Assembly: GCA_043804895.1 (NCBI GenBank)
Contig: JAZDIN010000026.1
Location: 1-32,288 of the forward strand
Direction: 5' to 3'
Length of the DNA: 32,288 bases
Origin: Candidatus Altiarchaeota archaeon
GTDB lineage: Archaea > Altiarchaeota > Altiarchaeia > IMC4 > SCGC-AAA252-I15
Part shown: positions 25,211 to 32,288 of the stretch, in pieces
Layout of the letters: the number at the start of each line of letters is the position of its first letter
Position numbering within the stretch: the first letter of the stretch is position 1
Notes under the pieces: generated by a model
The model's database searches: none
The model's input: the letters and a program-made list of their open reading frames with translations, nothing else
What the model was told of the DNA's origin: nothing
Made by a program: the position numbers and the translations under genes

Positions 25211-26182
25211 TCAAAGTATCAAATTGATTAGGTAGTCGAAGGAGTAGAACATTGCGAATGTGGAGGGCATCATGAACAGGAGGTACTTCACCATGTACTT
25301 GTCCTTCCCCTCACCTATCACCGCCAGAAGCCAGCTGGCTATGATTGTTGTGCAGGTTATGTTGAACATCGTCATGTCGAGAAGGAATTCTGGAGTGAGC
25401 GTGAGCTCACCGAGTTCAATGCCACCGACGTACTGGATATCAGGGAACTCGAACATCACCTGCCCCATTATCCCGCTTATGGTCCTTATGAAGTGTATCG
25501 ACACAGCAGACAGGAGAGGAGTGCCGATGATGACTATGAAGGTGATGAAGAGAATGTAGCTCCTGCTACTCGTCACTATCTCCCTTCGCATATCAAGATT
25601 CTCTGTGATGTCCTTCGCTATGTCTGTTAGTAAGACTGCTAGGGGGCCTCCGGTCTTCATGCCCTCAACTAGCAGCTCTATCACGTCCTGAAACAGCACG
25701 GACTTTATGCGCGTGGGCATTTCCAGCAGGGCCTTGTGGAACGACATGGTGCTCATGGACAAGGCGATTGTCCGGTCCACCTCGTCCTTTAATATGCCGA
25801 ACTCCGGCCTCGAGGCCTCCTTAAACGATTGGAATGGAGTCATCCCCGAGTTCAGGTTGGCTGCTATGAGGTGAAGGAAGTTGGACAGCACCCTCTCAAC
25901 AGCCCTGCCCCTGCTCTCAGCCTTAAAGTACAAAAGAAGGTAGGCTGCGAGATGGTAGATGGCCAGGGCGATGAGGATGAGTATCACAGAGTCTAGGAAA
26001 TTCTCGACAACGAAGTAGAATACAACCGATGATATGAGGAAGATGGCCACGCTGACGACGAACGAGCGTCCAAACCAAACCTCGGCCGAAATCTCACTCC
26101 CGCAGTACCGAAGAAGCATGGTCGCGCGCTCCCTCACATACTTCGGTAAAAGTTTGGCTGCAGTATAATAGACCCTTTCCAT
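25211..26182 (-). CDS. Type II secretion system F family / TadC-like pilus platform protein
   Basis: TM pair, then VERVLSNFLHLIAANLNSGMT...EFGILKDE...GMKTGG, then TM helices. Start moved to ATG 26182. Confidence 0.88.
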   Translation of the reverse strand: MERVYYTAAKLLPKYVRERATMLLRYCGSEISAEVWFGRSFVVSVAIFLISSVVFYFVVENFLDSVILILIALAIYHLAAYLLLYFKAESRGRAVERVLSNFLHLIAANLNSGMTPFQSFKEASRPEFGILKDEVDRTIALSMSTMSFHKALLEMPTRIKSVLFQDVIELLVEGMKTGGPLAVLLTDIAKDITENLDMRREIVTSSRSYILFITFIVIIGTPLLSAVSIHFIRTISGIMGQVMFEFPDIQYVGGIELGELTLTPEFLLDMTMFNITCTTIIASWLLAVIGEGKDKYMVKYLLFMMPSTFAMFYSFDYLINLIL

Positions 26183-26205
26183 GCATTTATGTATTGCAGT
26201 CCCTC

Positions 26206-26216
26206 TTATTATTAAA
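26206..26216. promoter_or_regulatory. Central TATA-like element shared by divergent tadC-like and kaiC-like genes
   Basis: TTATTATTAAA lies 24 nt from ATG 26182 (-) and 25 nt from ATG 26241 (+). Confidence 0.5.
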
Positions 26217-26240
26217 CGAGCTATAATCAATAGGGATAGT

Positions 26241-26948
26241 ATGGAGGAGCGGATAAAAACAGGCATCAGCGGTTGGGATAATCTGCTTGGGGGCGGATTC
26301 ATACCAAACAGCATAAATCTGCTTTGTGGATCCAGCGGCTCAGGGAAGACACTGTTCACACTGTCGTTCCTCTACAACGGCGCTGTCGAGTACAAGGAGA
26401 AGGTAGTCTACATAACCCTGGAGGAGATGAAGGAGCACATTGTTAGGGACTGCGAACTTATAGGCCTTGACTTCAGCAAGGTTGACGACGATACGCTCAT
26501 GATGTACGACCTGTCCTCCCTGCGGCTCAACACAATCGGTACCAAGGATGAGGTGGGGAAGGAGGAAAGCCCCCTCAGGCTGGAGAACCTGTTGGAGTTC
26601 ATAAAGATAAACTACAGCGACGTCACAAGGCTGGGGCTGGACAGCATCGTGCCCCTGGCGATAGCCTACAACGACGACCGAATATTCAGGGCGGAGCTGT
26701 TCCGCTTCATGATGTCGCTGAAGAAGATGGGCATAACCGTCGTGTTCACGACCGAGATAAGCTACTCCTCAAACGATAGCAGCCGCTTCGGTATGGAGGA
26801 CTTCCTGGCTGATTCGGTGACCCTCCTTCGCATGAGGGAGGAATGGGGCCGCCAGATAAAGGTGCATAAGATGCGCGGTTCAAACCACATCAAAAACTTT
26901 GTTGATTATGACATTTCGACAAACGGTATCAAGGTCATGTACAAGTGA
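26241..26948 (+). CDS. Second single-domain KaiC/RAD55-like ATPase
   Basis: RIKTGISGWDNLLGGG, GSSGSGKT, YITLEE, LDS, FGMEDFLADS and KMRGS motifs. Start moved to ATG 26241. Confidence 0.92.
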   Translation: MEERIKTGISGWDNLLGGGFIPNSINLLCGSSGSGKTLFTLSFLYNGAVEYKEKVVYITLEEMKEHIVRDCELIGLDFSKVDDDTLMMYDLSSLRLNTIGTKDEVGKEESPLRLENLLEFIKINYSDVTRLGLDSIVPLAIAYNDDRIFRAELFRFMMSLKKMGITVVFTTEISYSSNDSSRFGMEDFLADSVTLLRMREEWGRQIKVHKMRGSNHIKNFVDYDISTNGIKVMYK

Positions 26949-26951
26949 AAA

Positions 26952-27266
26952 ATGTCACAACTCGGAAGCGACCTCTTTAACTTCATGCTGAAGTTGTCAG
27001 GCAAATCTGGAGGGCTTATCCTCGTCAACGAACTGGAGAAGCTTGGCGTGACAAACGTCGATGAGATGGACCAGGATATGAGGTTCAAGCTCCTGGAGGG
27101 GCTAAGCCACGACTACCTATCAACATTCCTGGGGCATAGTAGGTTCCTCGTGGCAAGGGCCGAACTTGTCAGCATACTAGGGATATCATTAGATTCGCAC
27201 AGAATACACGACAGGGGATACAGGCCACCACAAAGCCCTGAGATGTTCGGCAAACCGGTGCCCTAA
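26952..27266 (+). CDS. Small helical hypothetical protein downstream of KaiC-like ATPase
   Basis: 104-aa ORF starting 3 nt after the KaiC stop; amphipathic helices; fills the gap exactly up to the tadB-like stop. Confidence 0.7.
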   Translation: MSQLGSDLFNFMLKLSGKSGGLILVNELEKLGVTNVDEMDQDMRFKLLEGLSHDYLSTFLGHSRFLVARAELVSILGISLDSHRIHDRGYRPPQSPEMFGKPVP

Positions 27267-28150
27267 GCAGAGTAGACGACAGGCCTTCTGCTCCTTATCA
27301 ATCCGACTAGCATGATCTGTACGCAGATGCACACAACAACGACGAGGAAGTACGTGTCCTCGCTCACGCCAGTCCCCATGAGGGAGGTCAGGATCACAAG
27401 CAGGGTCGACACTATGGTCGGTACTGCGACCGCGAAGAGCATGTAAATCAGGGTCATGACGTTAAGCTCCTGGATATAGTCGCGTATCCTCCTGTTCTGC
27501 TCGCGCATCAGCGAGTCTATTATCCCGGAGAGCGCGTCCTTTATGCTCGTACCAGCCTTGACAGCGTTCACGATCTGCCACAGGGCGCTTCGCATGTACT
27601 CGCTCGGGGTCCTCAAGGCAAGTTCCTCAAGCACGTCGTCAAGTGCCATACCCCTGTTGGTACTTTTCACAACCATTTTAAGGTCTTCCGAGACTATGCC
27701 GTGGCCAGCCTCAGACACCCTCTTTATGCTCTCAAAAAGCGTCAGGCCTGCGCTGATGTTCAGTAGCAGGTCCTTCAGCGCGTATACTAGGTCTTTTTCT
27801 ATGATTTCAGCCCTTTTCACCACGAGAATCCTCGGGTACACGACGAGGATGGCGAAGTCCAAGAGGAGTAACACGAGGGATGGTCCGATTGAGAGGATCA
27901 GCTCGTTCCCGTCGGCAACATCGAACGCAGCCAGAGGCACGTACGTGCAGACGAACATGATGAGCCCCAGGATGAAGGCTGAAAGAAGCGAAGAGACCAG
28001 GTACTCTTCGGCTGTCATGTCTATGTCAGCCAGTACCATGTCGCTTTTAAGTTCGGGGGTGAAGTCGGCAAGGAACTTGCCTAGAGACTGAAACCTGCGG
28101 CCGAAATCCTTAGCTACATGCTGCGGGAGTAGCATGGCGTAGATTCTCAT
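27263..28150 (-). CDS. Type II secretion system F family / TadB-like pilus platform protein
   Basis: IEKDLVYALKDLLLNISAGLTLFESI...GMALDDVLEELA...WQIVNAVKAG. TGATG stop/start coupling with the ATPase gene and a GGAGGTGA SD. Confidence 0.9.
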   Translation of the reverse strand: MRIYAMLLPQHVAKDFGRRFQSLGKFLADFTPELKSDMVLADIDMTAEEYLVSSLLSAFILGLIMFVCTYVPLAAFDVADGNELILSIGPSLVLLLLDFAILVVYPRILVVKRAEIIEKDLVYALKDLLLNISAGLTLFESIKRVSEAGHGIVSEDLKMVVKSTNRGMALDDVLEELALRTPSEYMRSALWQIVNAVKAGTSIKDALSGIIDSLMREQNRRIRDYIQELNVMTLIYMLFAVAVPTIVSTLLVILTSLMGTGVSEDTYFLVVVVCICVQIMLVGLIRSRRPVVYSA

Positions 28151-29889
28151 CACTCACCTCCAATAGATTTCCCGCCCTCAACGGCTTTGAGTAGATCTTC
28201 CTTCTGGCTGTAGTACAAGTTCATGACCCTGCCGATGTCATCCATCCTAGAGATGTTGTTCATGATGAGCCACTTGAGGATGGACTCCTTCTCAGCCAAG
28301 TCGCGGTCTATCTCCTTCACAGTCATGCCGGTGTAGAGGTTCAAGTCGTTGTACACCCTGTTGCTCCTGTCTATGGCCTCGAATGAGTCGGATTTGACCC
28401 TCCAGCGGTAGAGATACCTAAGCTCGAGTTTGCGCTCTGTTGTCCCTGGCAGTATCTCAGCTATCTCGAACGTCCTCCTTATGCCGTGAAGCCTGTCCCT
28501 GTACTGCGTTACAATCACCTGTAGCGATTCAAGTTCAGCCTCGGGTATCATGAGGGGAGGCTCCGTGAGCCTCCTTCTGACGTGCATGCAGGTGTCGGCG
28601 TGCATCGTAGAGTAGACTGAGTGTCCAGTGTGCATAGCCTCGAAGAGGACCTCAGCCTCGTCCCTGCTTCTTATCTCCCCTACTATCACCCTGTCTGGGC
28701 GCATCCTCAAGGATGAGATTATGAGGTCGAGCATGTTCACCCCACCTAGGCCGTCTGGGTTCTGGTTCCTTGTCGTCAGCTGAATCCAGTTGAGGGTGAG
28801 GTGTGATGGCAACTGCAGTTCCCTAGTGTCTTCGATACTTATTATCCTCTGCCCAGGGGGTATGAACGCGCACAGGCTGTTGAGTGTGCTTGTCTTACCT
28901 GAAGCTGTCCCCCCTGCAACGAGGATGCTAAGCTCATATTGTATACAAAGCCACAGGAAGCTGGCTATCTGAGTGGACATAGTATTGTAAAGGGGGTTCA
29001 GGAAGTCGACTATGGTCCAGGGGTCTCTCGCGAATTTTCTTATAGTAATGGTGTTGCCTTGGGCTGAGATTGGATACATCGAGGCTACGACACGGTCTCC
29101 TGTGATAAGCCTCGCATCCATGAGCGGATTGAGGTTCGTTATGTCCTTCCCGACTCGGCGGCCTATCTGGGAGGCGTAGTCGAATATGTTCTCCTCCTGG
29201 GGTATTACTATATTCGTCTTCAGCCACCCGTACTTCCTATGGTAGATGACTACAGGCATGTTGCCTGCGTTTATGCAGACTTCTTCTATGAGGTCGTCCC
29301 CTAGGATTATCTCCAAGTCCCCGAGGCCGTACACCCTGTGTAAGACAAGCCCTGAGAGTATGTCAGCCTGCTCGTATGTCACCGGGATCTGTTCAAGTAC
29401 CTTCTTCTTTGCCTCCTCCTGGAAGACCGTCTTAATCCCCTTAGCCTTCTTCGGGTTGGACACGTCCTCGGTCCTCGCGGAGACTCTGCCTGCAAGATCC
29501 CTTATCACATTATTCAGGAGTGTTGAGGTGCCCTCGCCGATTATGGGCATTGCGATGCAGTAGTTCTTCATCACGTCCCCTTTGACTACTTGGATAGTTA
29601 TCTCAGCCGGGACCCTATCGACGAGTATATTGTATGCCCCAATCTTCTCTCCCACTATGTCAAGGCAGATGTTAGGCATGTGCTTGCTCACGGTAAGCTT
29701 CCTATGGACTGTTGGAGGCTTCAGAAGGTTGATGGAATAGTTGACTTCAAGAACCTCACCCAACGCCTTAATCCACTTGTCCGCAGTCTTCAGGTCTACA
29801 CCGGCGTCCTTAGCCAGCCTGTCCAAATCAATACCCTGCTTGGGGATGACGCCAAGTAGGGTGTCGACCTGCGTCCTTACCTCGACCAT
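28150..29889 (-). CDS. TadA/CpaF/ArlI-family pilus assembly ATPase with N-terminal HTH-like extension
   Basis: ITIRKF, Walker A GGTASGKT, Asp box SIEDTREL, LRMRPDRVIVGEIR and His box MHTGH...STMHA. Confidence 0.95.
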   Translation of the reverse strand: MVEVRTQVDTLLGVIPKQGIDLDRLAKDAGVDLKTADKWIKALGEVLEVNYSINLLKPPTVHRKLTVSKHMPNICLDIVGEKIGAYNILVDRVPAEITIQVVKGDVMKNYCIAMPIIGEGTSTLLNNVIRDLAGRVSARTEDVSNPKKAKGIKTVFQEEAKKKVLEQIPVTYEQADILSGLVLHRVYGLGDLEIILGDDLIEEVCINAGNMPVVIYHRKYGWLKTNIVIPQEENIFDYASQIGRRVGKDITNLNPLMDARLITGDRVVASMYPISAQGNTITIRKFARDPWTIVDFLNPLYNTMSTQIASFLWLCIQYELSILVAGGTASGKTSTLNSLCAFIPPGQRIISIEDTRELQLPSHLTLNWIQLTTRNQNPDGLGGVNMLDLIISSLRMRPDRVIVGEIRSRDEAEVLFEAMHTGHSVYSTMHADTCMHVRRRLTEPPLMIPEAELESLQVIVTQYRDRLHGIRRTFEIAEILPGTTERKLELRYLYRWRVKSDSFEAIDRSNRVYNDLNLYTGMTVKEIDRDLAEKESILKWLIMNNISRMDDIGRVMNLYYSQKEDLLKAVEGGKSIGGE

Positions 29890-29987
29890 GCCACTAAACA
29901 ATTACCATACGTTAATATTAAACCCTCCTGAGGCTGTGGAGTATTAAACGTCTGTTCACAATATCCTATGCTAAGAATGGGGTTAGG

Positions 29988-30737
29988 ATGGATGTTACAC
30001 GGTTTTTGGTGACTTATCTGCATCATAAATCCCTGAGGGACTTGTATGTCGCCCTTTTTGCTGTGTTTCTTGTCATAGCCGTTGGGACCTTAGCCTACAC
30101 CAAGCTTATGGCTTTGACTCCACTCGATGCCCTCTACTTCACTGTCATCACACTCGTAAGCGTCGGCTACGGCGACATATATCCGACAACCCCCGAAGCG
30201 AAGGTATTCACACTCTTCTTCGTCTTGGGCGGGATATCAGTCTTCATATACGCCCTGGGCGTCATAATCACTATGGTGTTCGAGGGGAGAGTCATGGAGG
30301 TGCTTAAGATGGAGAATGTTCAGGAGAGGATGTCAACGCTGAAGGGCCACACAATAATCTGTGGATACGGGAACGTGGGGGAGATTCTCGCAAGCAAGAT
30401 GGAAAACGCTGTCGTAATCGACATGGACGAGGAGAAGATTAACAAGCTTATGGAGGCGGGTGTGCTCGCTGTGGCTGGACTGTCAACAAGGCCTGAAATC
30501 CTGCGCCAAGCTGGAATTGATAGGGCTAAATCGTTGGTGGTGGCGTTGAACTCTGACCCGGACGTCCTATTCACCATACTCACAGCGAAGGACTTGAACC
30601 CGAATATAAAAGTCTTCGCCAGGGCGAATCGCACTGACTCGGTTAACAACATGAAACGCTTCGGCGCAGACTATGTCGTATGCCTCCCTGAGATAGTGGG
30701 GAGGGAGTTCATGGACGTGATAGCGAAGGCGAAGTGA
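29988..30737 (+). CDS. Two-TM potassium channel with RCK (TrkA-N) domain, MthK-like
   Basis: ALYFTVITLVSVGYGD pore and filter; HTIICGYGNVG Rossmann motif. Confidence 0.93.
   Translation: MDVTRFLVTYLHHKSLRDLYVALFAVFLVIAVGTLAYTKLMALTPLDALYFTVITLVSVGYGDIYPTTPEAKVFTLFFVLGGISVFIYALGVIITMVFEGRVMEVLKMENVQERMSTLKGHTIICGYGNVGEILASKMENAVVIDMDEEKINKLMEAGVLAVAGLSTRPEILRQAGIDRAKSLVVALNSDPDVLFTILTAKDLNPNIKVFARANRTDSVNNMKRFGADYVVCLPEIVGREFMDVIAKAK
30296..30311 (+). promoter_or_regulatory. Internal Shine-Dalgarno plus in-frame ATG (Met108) at the start of the RCK domain
   Basis: GGAGGTG at 30296-30302, a 6-nt spacer, and an in-frame ATG at 30309. Confidence 0.6.
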
Positions 30738-30738
30738 G

Positions 30739-32046
30739 CTAGCCTTTGGCTAGCCATATCCTGTCTGACCTGCTTAGTGTGCCTGCCTGGCTTAGGGTGC
30801 ATCCGCTGTCCACGTAGGCTCTGCCGCCTGACGCCTCGAATGTCACGGTGGTGTTGGCGAGTCCGAAGCTGCCGTTGACTGTGTCGTTGATTAGGACTGC
30901 CATGCTGTATGAAGGCACTTCCGACACGTCCACGGCCCCGAAGTTTATTCTCACGCTGTCTCCGTCGTTGAAGGTGAAGTTCCACTCGGAGAGCGCATTC
31001 GAGTCGATGTTTTCGCTCTCCAGCGTGTGGTTGACGTTGTTGAACCTGACTGTGAGGCTCAGCCTCAAATCAACCCCACCTGTGAAGTTCACCTCAGCCT
31101 GGTCGACGGGCCTTGTTATCGGCGCGGTGTTGTCCAGGTCGTAGTATCTTGTGGTCAGAAGCACCACGTCCAGTGAGTCTGTGGTGGAGGCTGGCCCCGG
31201 GTAGACCCTTATCAATTTGTTACCTTCAGTTAGGTTGAATATCACCGCTGTGTCGTTGAACCACTTGAACGCGAGCGAACTGCTGCTGTCGTTGCGTATG
31301 TTGAACTGAGTCGAATTCTTCCCGTCAACCTCGACTGTCAGGTTCTTGGTGCTGTTGTCGAATACCGTGCGCACCCATAGGGTGTAGTTAGTGTCGAATG
31401 GTATGTAGACGCTTCTTGTTATAGCACCATCGAACGACTCCGCATACTCCCCCTCGGAGGCTTCACTATGTGGTGTCGTGGTAATCGAGCCTCCGCTGAA
31501 ATCCTCGCCCTCTTCCCAGACCAGGTCCTCCACTCCTTCGCCGTTGAAGTCCAAGGTCATGTCATAGGCCTCTGGGTCGCTGGGGGGCGGGTTGGTTATG
31601 GCCTTGTTGCGGAACCACGTCTTCTCCTTGCTGAGGTTGCTGTAGCCGTAGTAGTAGTGGAATGGCATTACTTCGAGGTCCACTTCATCTGAGGGGGATG
31701 ATAGCGCCGTCAGGTCTGGAGTTAGCTTGAGGTTCGTCTGTTCGGCATAGGTGGAAGATAGGAAGGTGGAGTAGTTTCTGACTGCTGAGGGTATGTCCCA
31801 CCCTGCTGGAATCCTGTCGTTGAAGCTGTATAACGTCTTGTCGCTGTTGTCTACAGCTGCTTTGAGGTCGAGTTTGGCAGCCAGGTCGCATGAGACGTCG
31901 TCGAAGAGTGCGGCAGTCTTCTCAGCGCCTATGTCCAAGCGCACAGTCGCGGAGGATTTGACATAGAAGTAGTAGCTGACCATGAAGAGTGACATGAACA
32001 TCAGCACCGTCAACGCAGTGAACAAGTAACCTTTCACCTGTACCAC
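30739..32046 (-). CDS. Pilin-like protein with class III-like signal and inserted jelly-roll (CBM-like) domain
   Basis: VKG/YLFTALTVLMFMSLFMVSYYF; WEEGEDF...YTLWVR...VEVDG...LDVVLLT; 15 N-x-S/T sequons counted. Confidence 0.75.
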   Translation of the reverse strand: MVQVKGYLFTALTVLMFMSLFMVSYYFYVKSSATVRLDIGAEKTAALFDDVSCDLAAKLDLKAAVDNSDKTLYSFNDRIPAGWDIPSAVRNYSTFLSSTYAEQTNLKLTPDLTALSSPSDEVDLEVMPFHYYYGYSNLSKEKTWFRNKAITNPPPSDPEAYDMTLDFNGEGVEDLVWEEGEDFSGGSITTTPHSEASEGEYAESFDGAITRSVYIPFDTNYTLWVRTVFDNSTKNLTVEVDGKNSTQFNIRNDSSSSLAFKWFNDTAVIFNLTEGNKLIRVYPGPASTTDSLDVVLLTTRYYDLDNTAPITRPVDQAEVNFTGGVDLRLSLTVRFNNVNHTLESENIDSNALSEWNFTFNDGDSVRINFGAVDVSEVPSYSMAVLINDTVNGSFGLANTTVTFEASGGRAYVDSGCTLSQAGTLSRSDRIWLAKG

Positions 32047-32288
32047 ACCCTCAATTTCGCCATGTAATTTACTGTGTTGTTCACTATCGTCCTCCTGCCT
32101 ATGACGTATTTCACCGGCTCAGGGCATCCGCTTGCTCCGCTGTAGAGCACACCACTTGACTCGTTCACGACTGTGATGTTGAGGCAGAGGTTGTTCGGCA
32201 TCTCGTCGATGAACTGCCCTAGGCTGGTGGAATCGCCCTCTAAGGCAGCGCCTATGCTCCCGTCCTTTTCTGCGACGGTGAGGAAGTC
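32034..32288 (-). CDS. C-terminal part of a probable small pilin-like protein (5'-truncated; not in ORF track)
   Basis: Open frame DFLTVAEKDGSIGAALEGD...PNNLCLNITV...IGRRTIV...MAKLRVWYR*. It resembles the head domains of the other pilins here (NALDTADKRG; IKVIIW) and overlaps the next gene start by 13 nt. Confidence 0.7.
   Translation of the reverse strand, partial: DFLTVAEKDGSIGAALEGDSTSLGQFIDEMPNNLCLNITVVNESSGVLYSGASGCPEPVKYVIGRRTIVNNTVNYMAKLRVWYR

Noticed and set aside
21715-26948. Circadian clock (kaiABC)
   Set aside because: These are single-domain ATPases without CII phosphosites, and no kaiA or kaiB is in the window.
25211-29889. Archaellum motor operon (arlHIJ)
   Set aside because: The platform is split into two TadB/C-size genes; no archaellin or arlCDE/F/G is recognisable; the subunits are pilin-type.
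1-32288. tRNA/rRNA genes, CRISPR arrays, integrases, reverse transcriptase/DGR
   Set aside because: Intergenic gaps are all under about 100 nt, and no such motifs or ORFs were seen by eye.

Overview
Gene-dense archaeal DNA. The evidence is archaeal-type TpiA, DUF460, single-domain KaiC/RAD55 ATPases, class III signal peptides, TATA-box promoters and GGAGGTGA ribosome-binding sites. An Altiarchaeota/DPANN-like origin is only a guess. The window is dominated by a dispersed Tad-like type IV pilus system: a TadA/ArlI-type ATPase, two TadB/C platform proteins and seven pilin-like genes. Three of the pilins are large, cysteine-rich, modular adhesin-like proteins, and one of these (<1..2056) is missing from the ORF track. 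Interleaved with the pilus genes are four glycosyltransferases (GT2, GT4 and two GT-C) and two KaiC-like ATPases, each followed by a partner gene; one partner has a CheF-like C-terminal half. An MthK-like K+ channel with an internal start signal also sits in the locus. A housekeeping block (glutaredoxin, nitroreductase, DUF2085, rhomboid, argJ, purF, DUF460, tpiA) lies in the middle, together with an orphan ~40-aa tandem-repeat protein. A ~100 bp hairpin-rich IS200/IS605-like mini-element lies in frame at the GT4/ArnT junction. No rRNA, tRNA or CRISPR array was seen. All family calls come from motif recognition by eye, not from database searches.
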